Source of the DNA: Zestosphaera tikiterensis
GTDB lineage: Archaea > Thermoproteota > Thermoprotei_A > Sulfolobales > NBVN01
Direction: 5' to 3'
Length of the DNA: 64,000 bases
NCBI GenBank assembly: GCA_003056265.1
Contig: NBVN01000004.1
Coordinates: 261,587-325,586, forward strand
A program made the position numbers and the translations under genes. The notes under the pieces were generated by a model. That model made no database searches. It saw only the letters and a list, made by a program, of their open reading frames with translations, and was not told the origin of the DNA. Below are positions 26,787-34,930 of this stretch, piece after piece. Position 1 is the stretch's first letter; each line of letters begins with the position of its first letter.

Positions 26787-27521
26787 ATGAAACCCGTAAG
26801 TAAGGAAGCGGTTTTCGTTATGGGGGCTTCGGGGAAGTTAGGTAAGCGGGTTTCAGTAGCTTTAGCTAGTGATTACGAGTTAATACTTCAATGTAATAGG
26901 AGATGTGTTGAGTTAAGTAAGTATTTAAGGGAGAACTTAAGTGTTGAGCTACTTAATAATGTGCATATAGTACGGCATGACTTCCTTAAGGAAGGTGTTT
27001 CCTCGCTAACAAGTAAAATCTTTGAAGTCGTTAACGAACTTAAAGCTGCGGTTTTAATACATCCTGTCTTTAATCAAACACCAACGCATGAGTTAAGAGA
27101 TGAGGTTGTTGAGAAGGTGGTTAAGCTTAACTTAATCACACCGCTCCTAATTCTGAAGGAGTTGCTGAAGTTTATGAGGGGAGGGGATTCCATAGTGGTT
27201 TTCCTAACTGATTTAACACCTATTAAAGGTTCTAAAGCTTACTTAGGTTTAAAGCCTTCACTACCTAACATAGCCTCGGTTGCTGGGATACATGCGGTAA
27301 TTAAAAACTCAGTTAACTACGTCCCTGAAAACGTTAGGGTTGTGGGCCTAGCTTTAAATTGGGTGGATACTGAAGCGTTAACTCCAGACCTTAGGAAGGC
27401 GTTAAGTGATGCTGGGGTTAAGCTTATAAACCCCAACGACTTAGCGGGCTTCATCAAGCAGTTGATTAGAAACTCCCCCAGAGAGTTGAGGAGTGTTGTG
27501 ATAGAGTTTGGTTGTGTTTAA
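26787..27521 (+). CDS. short-chain dehydrogenase/reductase family protein
   Basis: The N-terminal VFVMGASGKLGKRV is a Rossmann motif, and an S..YLGLK (YxxxK) catalytic motif is present. Confidence 0.6.
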   Translation: MKPVSKEAVFVMGASGKLGKRVSVALASDYELILQCNRRCVELSKYLRENLSVELLNNVHIVRHDFLKEGVSSLTSKIFEVVNELKAAVLIHPVFNQTPTHELRDEVVEKVVKLNLITPLLILKELLKFMRGGDSIVVFLTDLTPIKGSKAYLGLKPSLPNIASVAGIHAVIKNSVNYVPENVRVVGLALNWVDTEALTPDLRKALSDAGVKLINPNDLAGFIKQLIRNSPRELRSVVIEFGCV

Positions 27522-27527
27522 ATATTT

Positions 27528-28280
27528 TCAACCCACTATGTAGTTGCTTAAGTACTCCAGCTGAGGTAGTTCGAAAACCCCTAAATCCTCGTCTATTATG
27601 TAGGGTTTAATCCTACGTATTAACGCGTGTTTCTTAAGGATGGGGGATATGTAGGTCTCGCTGTTTAACGTTATCCTAGAACCTGTTTGGTAGGCTCCCA
27701 CAGCAGGTAACGTTACGAATTCCCTCCCATCACTTAACTCGCCGACTAGGTAGCATGGGAACTTACCTAACTTACCTAAGCTATCTCTTAAGCTTATGCT
27801 TGGGTGTTCATGACCGAATATTAAATACCTCCACCCACTGAATTCCTCGACCACGTCTTTATGGCCGTGTATTATTAAATACTCGCCTAGGGGTAAAGCC
27901 TCCGTAAACTTAAACATATACCTCCTCTGAAGCGTTGGTAGGTAGTTATCGTGGTTTCCCCTAACCACAACAACCTCATCTACTTTAGGTAGCACGTATG
28001 TGAAGAACTTAATCAACTCAGCTTTCTCAACCTTCCCTAAACCGCTGAAGCTATGTTTTAAATCACCCGCTATAACCAACTTCGAGACATCTACGGCGTT
28101 AAACGCCTCCTCAAGCACTTTCTTAACGTGGTTTAATTGAAACCTAGGTACGTAAACCCCAGCGTTAGCTAACTCCTCCTCATAACCTAAATGCACGTCA
28201 GCTAGGACTAAAGCCTTAAAACTACGTAAGTAAACCACGGGAAGGAAGTCAACGACCTCAACACCCTTCAACAACTCCAT
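27528..28280 (-). CDS. metallophosphoesterase (calcineurin-like)
   Basis: All metal motifs are present: LADVHLG, AGDLKH, RGNHD, IIHGH and GHEHP. Confidence 0.8.
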   Translation of the reverse strand: MELLKGVEVVDFLPVVYLRSFKALVLADVHLGYEEELANAGVYVPRFQLNHVKKVLEEAFNAVDVSKLVIAGDLKHSFSGLGKVEKAELIKFFTYVLPKVDEVVVVRGNHDNYLPTLQRRYMFKFTEALPLGEYLIIHGHKDVVEEFSGWRYLIFGHEHPSISLRDSLGKLGKFPCYLVGELSDGREFVTLPAVGAYQTGSRITLNSETYISPILKKHALIRRIKPYIIDEDLGVFELPQLEYLSNYIVG

Positions 28281-28334
28281 CCAACATCAAAACCTTAAAA
28301 ACTAAGGAGCTAATATCTCTTGCAGAGCTAGTCC

Positions 28335-28383
28335 GTGATGAAACTTACAAGGGTTGATTGATGATATAAGAACCCGCGTCTGA
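28335..28383 (+). ncRNA. candidate C/D-box sRNA
   Basis: C box GTGATGA (28335-28341), a 12-nt spacer, D'-like TTGA (28354-28357), C'-like TTGATGA (28358-28364), a 15-nt spacer and D box CTGA (28380-28383). A TATA-like TTAAAAACT lies about 25 nt upstream. The D'/C' boxes are nearly adjacent and the second guide is longer than the usual 12 nt. Confidence 0.45.
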
Positions 28384-28489
28384 AAACACGTGAAGCTAAA
28401 GCAACATACGTCACCTCACCTCTTGCTTGAGGCTCCGCTTTTTAAGGCGGGTGAATGTTTATAAGTTTTTCTTGTTTAATGTTTTTTGT

Positions 28490-28675
28490 GTTGGGTGTGG
28501 GCAACCGTAGCTTGGGATGAGACCCACACCTTCCCGGAGCTGACGGCGGGAACTGATAGATGATGCACCCTCGGTGAGGGGCTCCAGAAAGGTGATGGAA
28601 GCCCTAGGGGGAGAACCCCTGTTAAAAACAACAGGGGCCGTCAGCTCGAACAACGCTTCCAAACACTACGATTTT
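28490..28675 (+). ncRNA. GC-rich structured RNA of unknown family (contains a K-loop-like CUGA-UAGA-UGAUG motif)
   Basis: A sharp GC-rich island in AT-rich intergenic DNA. TTTATAAG (28458-28465) lies about 25-30 nt upstream and ATTTT downstream. Perfect helices: GAGCUGACGGC (28537-28547) with GCCGUCAGCUC (28637-28647); CCCCUGUU (28616-28623) with AACAGGGG (28629-28636); GGUGUGGG with CCCACACC. Confidence 0.5.
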
Positions 28676-28784
28676 AGCGTCGTTTAAACGTCTCCTAACC
28701 TCCTTAAGTATGAGTTCAGCGTACTTACGCCCTCCGAAACAGTTAAATATTTGGTAGGTAATTATAGTTCTTGGTGGTTAGATC

Positions 28785-29021
28785 TCACCTCGGATGTGGA
28801 GGGGTGGTAAAGCTCCGAAGGAGGTGGGTGTGAAGCCCTAGGCTTAAGATGTGTGGCTTTCCCTAAAGCTCGAGCGTCCCCCACGTGTGGTGATTGAGGT
28901 GATCCCTCGGTGGGGAACGCGGATGAGGGCTTTAGGTGGGGTTGCCACGAATGGGGGTGAGGGCTATGATAAGCCACCGATGAACTCAAGAGGGTGGCCG
29001 AACCTAATGAACCCCAAAGCC
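28785..29021 (+). ncRNA. second GC-rich structured RNA candidate of unknown family
   Basis: A GC-rich island of about 235 nt, preceded by AT-rich TATA-like sequence (TTAAATATTT at 28743-28752). Several complementary blocks are present (CACCUC/GAGGUG, CCCUC/GAGGG, GGUGG/CCACC). Strand and ends are inferred, not proven. Confidence 0.4.
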
Positions 29022-29024
29022 TAC

Positions 29025-29044
29025 ATAGGCATACAAATGCCTAT
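29025..29044. terminator. perfect 8-bp hairpin (ATAGGCAT-ACAA-ATGCCTAT) between the convergent RNA candidate and the HEPN gene
   Basis: Read directly from the sequence. A terminator role is speculative, because archaeal termination usually relies on oligo-T tracts. Confidence 0.25.
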
Positions 29045-29084
29045 ATAGGCTGAACCCCAGTTTAGGAAGTACTCCTCCCTACGC

Positions 29085-29474
29085 TTAACGTATTCCAACC
29101 TCATTAAGGACCACCGTAGCAACTTCATAAAGTCCTTTAACCACGTCTTCACCGTAGGTTCTGGGTAAGTACCTCGCACTTATGTATGCGTCGTTCATAA
29201 CTTCCACAGCATATTTATGTTTTTCATATAGAAGCCATAGGTTAGGTTTAACTTGCTTAACCTCCTCGAATAACTCTCTTAAATTACGTGTGTGTGGGTA
29301 ATGACCTAACTCCACAGCTAGTACGTACTTTAAAGCCAGCTGAACTGCTTGCTCACAATGAAACGCTGCTAACTCATACATACCGGATTTTAAATCGTCT
29401 TCAACAGCATGTAGAAAGTCCAGCGCACGTTGTTTAAGTGCTTCAACGTCCTTTCTAGACATCCTACGCACCAA
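29085..29474 (-). CDS. HEPN domain protein
   Basis: AAFHCEQAVQLALKYVLAVELGHYPHTRNLRELF and the C-terminal AYISARYLP match the HEPN (PF05168-type) pattern. Confidence 0.75.
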   Translation of the reverse strand: MVRRMSRKDVEALKQRALDFLHAVEDDLKSGMYELAAFHCEQAVQLALKYVLAVELGHYPHTRNLRELFEEVKQVKPNLWLLYEKHKYAVEVMNDAYISARYLPRTYGEDVVKGLYEVATVVLNEVGIR

Positions 29475-29574
29475 TAACTAATTCTTTAAAAAGTTAATAA
29501 TGGATAGGATGGTGGAGTACCTGTTTTTAAGTATTTAAATACCCTTACCTATTCTTTTTAAGGGATTCGGTAAG

Positions 29575-30144
29575 TTGGAGGTTAAGCCCGTAATTAAAAT
29601 TGAGAATATAGTGGCTACGGTGACCTTAGATCAGAACTTAGACCTTCACGCCATCGCTAAGTCGGTAGCTAACATTGAATACGATCCTGAAGAGTTTCCA
29701 GGCCTGATTTACAGGCTTAGTAAGCCTAGGTTAACCGCCTTAATATTCAACTCAGGTAAGATGGTGGTTACGGGGGCTAAAAGCACTGCTCAACTTATCG
29801 ACGGTTTTAAAAAGATCATTAGAAGCTTCACTAAACATGGGATAATAATCGTTGGGAAGCCTAAAATCCAGATTCAGAATATAGTTGCTTCAGCTAACTT
29901 AGGTGTTGAAGTAGATTTGGAGAAGGCGGCGTTCCTACTGAAGAACGTTATGTACGAACCCGAGCAGTTCCCCGGCTTAATACATAGGATGGACGAACCT
30001 AAGGTAGTGTTGTTAATATTCAGTAGTGGTAAGATGGTCATTACAGGAGCTAAAAGTGAGGAGGACGTGAATTCAGCCGTATACAACATATTCAACCAAC
30101 TTAAAGAGCTTGAATGCGTTAGGGAAATAACGACAACGTTTTAA
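29575..30144 (+). CDS. tbp: TATA-box binding protein
   Basis: Two direct repeats: [42 protein letters not shown] and [42 protein letters not shown]. Confidence 0.95.
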   Translation: MEVKPVIKIENIVATVTLDQNLDLHAIAKSVANIEYDPEEFPGLIYRLSKPRLTALIFNSGKMVVTGAKSTAQLIDGFKKIIRSFTKHGIIIVGKPKIQIQNIVASANLGVEVDLEKAAFLLKNVMYEPEQFPGLIHRMDEPKVVLLIFSSGKMVITGAKSEEDVNSAVYNIFNQLKELECVREITTTF

Positions 30145-30365
30145 AACCTGAAGTTAAACCTTTTTAAACTTACATAATCGAATCTTCTTAGTTAAGCTTG
30201 CTTATGTTGATGTAGGAGGTGTTTTCAGAGTGAACTGCGGTCTTCATCCCTTTAGAGTCTTAGGCTGCCCACCTCATCATTCAATATGTGTTACTTATCA
30301 AAGCTAAAAAGCTGGTTGGGTTTAAACCTAAAAGAATTTAAAAAGTATTCGATAATATTCTTAGG

Positions 30366-31343
30366 GTGTGTTTAGTGTCTGGGGCTGGTGACGTTCTTGA
30401 AGTTCGTGATTTGAAAGTATATTACTACACGTTAACAGGGGTTGTGAAAGCCGTTGATGAAGTTTCATTAAACGTTAAGGAGGCTGAGGTCTTAGGTATT
30501 GCCGGTGAGTCCGGATGCGGTAAGTCAACCTTAGGCTATGCTTTACTAGGTCTCATACCCCCTCCCGGACGTATTGCTGGAGGTAGTGTGGTTTTAGACG
30601 GTACGGACTTAACTAAGTTAAGTGAGGGTGAGTTAAGGAAGATTAGATGGAGTAAAGTGAGTATGATCTTCCAAGGAGCTATGAACGTTTTAAACCCTGT
30701 TTACACGGTAGGGCATCAGATGAGTGAGCCTTTAATCATTCATAAAGGCTACACACAGAAAGAAGCTCTTAACGTAGTTTCAGAAGCTTTAAAGCAGGTA
30801 GGTTTAAACCCCGAGATCGTTAAGAGATACCCGCATGAGTTAAGCGGTGGTATGAAGCAGAGGGTTGTGATAGCTATGGCTTTACTGCTGAAGCCTAAGC
30901 TAGTTATTGCGGACGAACCAACAACAGCTTTAGACGTCGTCATTCAAGCGCAGATAATAAACCTACTTAAGAAGATAAAGCAGGAGGAGAAAACCTCAAT
31001 GATCTTCATAACCCACGACTTAAGCTTAATATCCGAGATCGCCGATAAAGTAGCTGTAATGTACGCGGGGAAGATAGCTGAGGTAGGGCCTTCGGAAGAG
31101 ATATTCTACAACCCGCAACACCCCTACACTCAAGGACTGCTTAAAAGCATACCTAGATTAAGATCTAAAGAAAAGATAACTTGGATACCTGGAGTACCTC
31201 CAGACTTAAGAAGACCACCACCAGGCTGTAGGTTCTACCCAAGATGCCCATACGCGATGGATATATGCAGGCGTGAAGAACCAAAACCAATTAAAGTTGG
31301 AGACCAACACTACGTAGCTTGCTGGCTACATGCTAAGAGTTAA
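30366..31343 (+). CDS. oligopeptide/dipeptide-type ABC transporter ATP-binding protein (OppD/DppD-like)
   Basis: Walker A GESGCGKST, signature LSGGMKQRV, Walker B LVIADEPTTALD and the C-terminal Opp-type extension. Confidence 0.9.
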   Translation: MCLVSGAGDVLEVRDLKVYYYTLTGVVKAVDEVSLNVKEAEVLGIAGESGCGKSTLGYALLGLIPPPGRIAGGSVVLDGTDLTKLSEGELRKIRWSKVSMIFQGAMNVLNPVYTVGHQMSEPLIIHKGYTQKEALNVVSEALKQVGLNPEIVKRYPHELSGGMKQRVVIAMALLLKPKLVIADEPTTALDVVIQAQIINLLKKIKQEEKTSMIFITHDLSLISEIADKVAVMYAGKIAEVGPSEEIFYNPQHPYTQGLLKSIPRLRSKEKITWIPGVPPDLRRPPPGCRFYPRCPYAMDICRREEPKPIKVGDQHYVACWLHAKS

Positions 31344-31393
31344 GTAAAAATCTTTTACCTAGCACGAATTAAAATAAACCTACTCCCCACTCG

Positions 31394-31891
31394 TTAGCTG
31401 GTGATTCGCTTCCTAACCTTACCGATTACTTGATGTAGAGCCGTGTATATAAGGATGGAAGACCCAGCAATCCAAGACACTATGATGGGTAGGACTAAAT
31501 AGTCTCTATACTTATGTAAAGCAGCTTTCAAACAAACGTTTAAGGAGACGTAATCATCAGCTTTAAACACTATATGGAAAACGCTACTTCCGTTTATCAT
31601 CAACTCATACTCCCTATCTCTAACTACTTCGTAGAAGGTAGTGTTAGGGCTTACGTAAACTAACACTACGTAGGAATTCCCTACCTCCTTAACTACGTCT
31701 ATAGTTAAGCGTTCGTAAGAATATTCAGTAAGTTCCGTATAGTTAAAGGTGGAGATCGTGAACTCCTCACCACCGCTTAAGCGAACTTCAACACAACGCT
31801 TAAAATCAAGTGTTTCAGGCTGGAAAGCTATAACAGTTAAAATAAGCGATAAAACCAACACGAACACACCGACAACAGCGGCAGCCTTCAA
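31394..31891 (-). CDS. hypothetical membrane-anchored protein
   Basis: ORF track, with hydrophobic helices at both the N- and C-termini. Confidence 0.4.
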   Translation of the reverse strand: MKAAAVVGVFVLVLSLILTVIAFQPETLDFKRCVEVRLSGGEEFTISTFNYTELTEYSYERLTIDVVKEVGNSYVVLVYVSPNTTFYEVVRDREYELMINGSSVFHIVFKADDYVSLNVCLKAALHKYRDYLVLPIIVSWIAGSSILIYTALHQVIGKVRKRITS

Positions 31892-31962
31892 ATTCTTTAA
31901 AACCCTAAATAACTGCGATTTAAAACTTTATAAAACCTCAAACAATAATTATTACTTGAGGT

Positions 31963-34857
31963 GTGTATATGAACAGAATGAAAAACCTTGTAACCTTTAT
32001 AGCTCTAGCTTTAATCCTCGCCTCCATAGTAGTGGGTTACGGGAGCATAACGGTTGCGGCGCAACAGAAGAAAGGCGGTGCTTCAGACTCTATAACGTAT
32101 GTAGCGATAGCGTTAGATAAAGTCGTTGAGGAGTTTAAGGCTGGCAGGATAGACGCATACATATACGCCGTTAGACCAACTCAAGTAGATCCACTGAAGG
32201 AATTACCTAACGTTAAATTCGTTACAGCGCCCGCCGGCATGGTTGACATAATATTAAACCCAGTACCCGTTAGGACTATAGAGCTTGACGGAGATCAAAG
32301 AGGCAAGTACCTACCTGCGTTAGTTGGTTATCCGGAAAACGTAATTACTCAAGTATGGTATGACCCTGAGAAGAATAAAACATACGTTGACATCGCCGCA
32401 GACGGTCAGAGAATTAACCCACTCGCTTTAAAGGGTGTTAGGCTAGCGATAAACTACTTAGTCGATAGGGACTTCATAGTTAAAAACATATACAGAGGTT
32501 TCGCAGCACCTATGTATACCTTCCTCTCCTCATACGATCCGGACTACGCCATAGTGGCTGACATCCTAGCTCAATACGGATTTAAATACGACCCAGACTA
32601 TGCTAAGCAAATAATAACTCAGGAGATGACTAAAGCCGGCGCCGTGTTAGTAGGTGGTAAATGGTATTACGGCGGTAAACCCGTGGAGATCACATTCATC
32701 ATTAGGATTGAAGATGAGAGGAAAGACATAGGTGATTTAATAGCTACGGAGCTTGAGAGAGTAGGATTTACAGTAAATAGGATGTACTTACCGTTTGCTG
32801 AAGCTTTAGGGAAGGTTTACGATTCAGACCCGGCAGACCTACTATGGCATATCTACACAGAGGGCTGGGGTAAGAGCGCGCTCGAGAAATACGATTATGG
32901 AGCGATAAACCAGTATTGTGCCCCATGGTTTGGTGACATGCCTGGATGGCAAACTGAGGGATGGTGGTGGTATAGAAATGACGTAATAGATGACGCAGGT
33001 CAGAAGATATACTTCGGTAAGTTCAAGTCTGAAGCTGAGAGAAATGAACTCTACAGAACGGTGACTAAGCTCTGCATCGACGACTCCGTAAGGATTTGGA
33101 TAGCTACTAGAATGGACATATATCCAGTCAGCGCCAGCCTTCAAGGCATAACTCAAGACTTAGGTGCTGGGATGAGATCGCCGTTCAACCTTAAAGGTGT
33201 TTACGTACCTGGGAAACCCGACATAGTCTTCGGTCATGTATGGGTTTACACAGCTAGGACCATATGGAACGTATACGGCGGCTTCTCAGACGTTTACAGC
33301 GTGGATATCGAGAGAGCAACTTACGACCCAATGACGTGGAGGGATCCGTTCAACGGTCTACCTATAGCCGTTAGGACGTCGTACGAAGTAGTTACTGCCG
33401 GGCCAGACGGAACCTTAGACGTTCCTTCAGACGCTATAATATGGGACGCTACTCAAGGTAAGTGGGTGAACGTAGGGCCCGGGACTAAAGCTATATCCGT
33501 AGTTAAATTCGACATGAGTAAATTCGTAGGCACTAAATGGCATCACGGCATAACCATTACTTGGGCTGACATCCTAGCTACGTGGGCTACGTGGTTTGAC
33601 TTAGTGTATAACGGCACTAAAGCCTCATGGGATACGTACGTCTCAACACCGAATAAAGCATTCTTCGACACGATCAAGGGCTTAAGGATAGACACAACTA
33701 AGAACGTGCTTGAAGTTTACGTGGATTACTGGCACTTTAGCGATGCTTATATAGCTGACTACGCAACTTTAACACCCATCAACCCTGCTGAGTTACTACT
33801 GATTGAAAACCACTTAGTCTATGACTTAAACAAATACACGTTCTCACCAACGGCGGCAACAGCTAGGAAAGTACCGGCGCTTAACCCAGTGCCGTTTACA
33901 GACCACGCTAACGATATTAAATCCGTGGCTGACGCGTGGAGAACCGCTGGATACTTACCAAGTAGGTACTTCACGTTACCGGATGGTAGGAACTTAATGC
34001 CTGCGGCTGAATGGACTTCAAGGCTTCAAGCTCTGTCTACGTGGATTAACGATCATAAACACGCGTGGATATCTCAAGGACCTTATTACTTAGACACGTT
34101 CGATAAAGACAACCAGAAGGCTGTGATTAAAGCTTTTAGGGACCCGACCTACCCGTTCACAGCTGATTACTGGGTTAAAGGAGCTGTAGTAGCGCCTAAG
34201 ATGGTTGTTGCTGAAACGCCTAGGTTAATAGTCGGTAACGCTACCTCAATACCTATAACTGTATCGGGTAAAGGGCCCTTCACGGTTTACTTCCTCGTTA
34301 AAGAGATAGCTACCAACACAATAGTGCTTACTGGTAAGGGAACTCAAGTAGCTGAGAATAAATTCGTCGTTGAAATACCTCCTGAGAAGACATCGCTATT
34401 CAAGCCTTACTACGCCTACGAAATACAGATAATAGCGACTAGCGAGAGCGTTGCCGTACCAGACGTCACATCAATAAAGATAGAGGCGTTGCCAGCGTCC
34501 ACAGTTCAATACCAGCAGTACATTGAGAAGCAGTTAGAGGAGCAGAGGGCATACCTTGAGCAGCAGTTAGGCGCTATAGGCCAGACGTTAGGTGCTGCGT
34601 TACAGGAGACCTCATCCAACATAATGAAGTACATAGACTCTAAAGTCGATCCGTTAAGTAAGGCAGTTTCAGACACTAAGAGTAGGGTGGACGCCATATC
34701 AGGTACTTTAAGTGCTTTACAAGCAGACATCAGCGATATGAAGACCAGTACTGAAGGAAGCTTAGGCAACATATCCACATACGTAACTGCTGTGTTAGCG
34801 CTTTCAATAATTAACTTAATAGTAGCTATAGCTCTACCATTCCTAAAGAGGAAATAG
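31963..34857 (+). CDS. ABC transporter substrate-binding protein (family 5, peptide/oligosaccharide type) with a coiled-coil stalk and C-terminal TM anchor
   Basis: Signal/anchor helix at the N-terminus and a large SBP_bac_5-like body. A Q/E/L-rich heptad region and a terminal TM helix follow. The gene is followed by permease genes. Confidence 0.8.
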   Translation: MYMNRMKNLVTFIALALILASIVVGYGSITVAAQQKKGGASDSITYVAIALDKVVEEFKAGRIDAYIYAVRPTQVDPLKELPNVKFVTAPAGMVDIILNPVPVRTIELDGDQRGKYLPALVGYPENVITQVWYDPEKNKTYVDIAADGQRINPLALKGVRLAINYLVDRDFIVKNIYRGFAAPMYTFLSSYDPDYAIVADILAQYGFKYDPDYAKQIITQEMTKAGAVLVGGKWYYGGKPVEITFIIRIEDERKDIGDLIATELERVGFTVNRMYLPFAEALGKVYDSDPADLLWHIYTEGWGKSALEKYDYGAINQYCAPWFGDMPGWQTEGWWWYRNDVIDDAGQKIYFGKFKSEAERNELYRTVTKLCIDDSVRIWIATRMDIYPVSASLQGITQDLGAGMRSPFNLKGVYVPGKPDIVFGHVWVYTARTIWNVYGGFSDVYSVDIERATYDPMTWRDPFNGLPIAVRTSYEVVTAGPDGTLDVPSDAIIWDATQGKWVNVGPGTKAISVVKFDMSKFVGTKWHHGITITWADILATWATWFDLVYNGTKASWDTYVSTPNKAFFDTIKGLRIDTTKNVLEVYVDYWHFSDAYIADYATLTPINPAELLLIENHLVYDLNKYTFSPTAATARKVPALNPVPFTDHANDIKSVADAWRTAGYLPSRYFTLPDGRNLMPAAEWTSRLQALSTWINDHKHAWISQGPYYLDTFDKDNQKAVIKAFRDPTYPFTADYWVKGAVVAPKMVVAETPRLIVGNATSIPITVSGKGPFTVYFLVKEIATNTIVLTGKGTQVAENKFVVEIPPEKTSLFKPYYAYEIQIIATSESVAVPDVTSIKIEALPASTVQYQQYIEKQLEEQRAYLEQQLGAIGQTLGAALQETSSNIMKYIDSKVDPLSKAVSDTKSRVDAISGTLSALQADISDMKTSTEGSLGNISTYVTAVLALSIINLIVAIALPFLKRK

Positions 34858-34930
34858 CCGGAAATTCCACCTCTTTTTAATAACAAATAAATTTTTTAAC
34901 TTGAACTAAACTAATTTTAGGGTACGTTTA

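Noticed and set aside
28459-29048. Protein-coding interpretation of ORFs 28459-28662, 28762-28989 and 28851-29048, and assignment of the region to SRP RNA, RNase P RNA or a tRNA.
   Set aside because: The ORFs overlap each other on both strands within GC-rich DNA and give Pro/Gly/Ser/His-rich nonsense-like peptides. I could not place the universally conserved SRP helix-8 motifs, the RNase P CR-I/CR-V (P4) motifs, or a tRNA cloverleaf. The RNAs are therefore reported as unknown rather than named.
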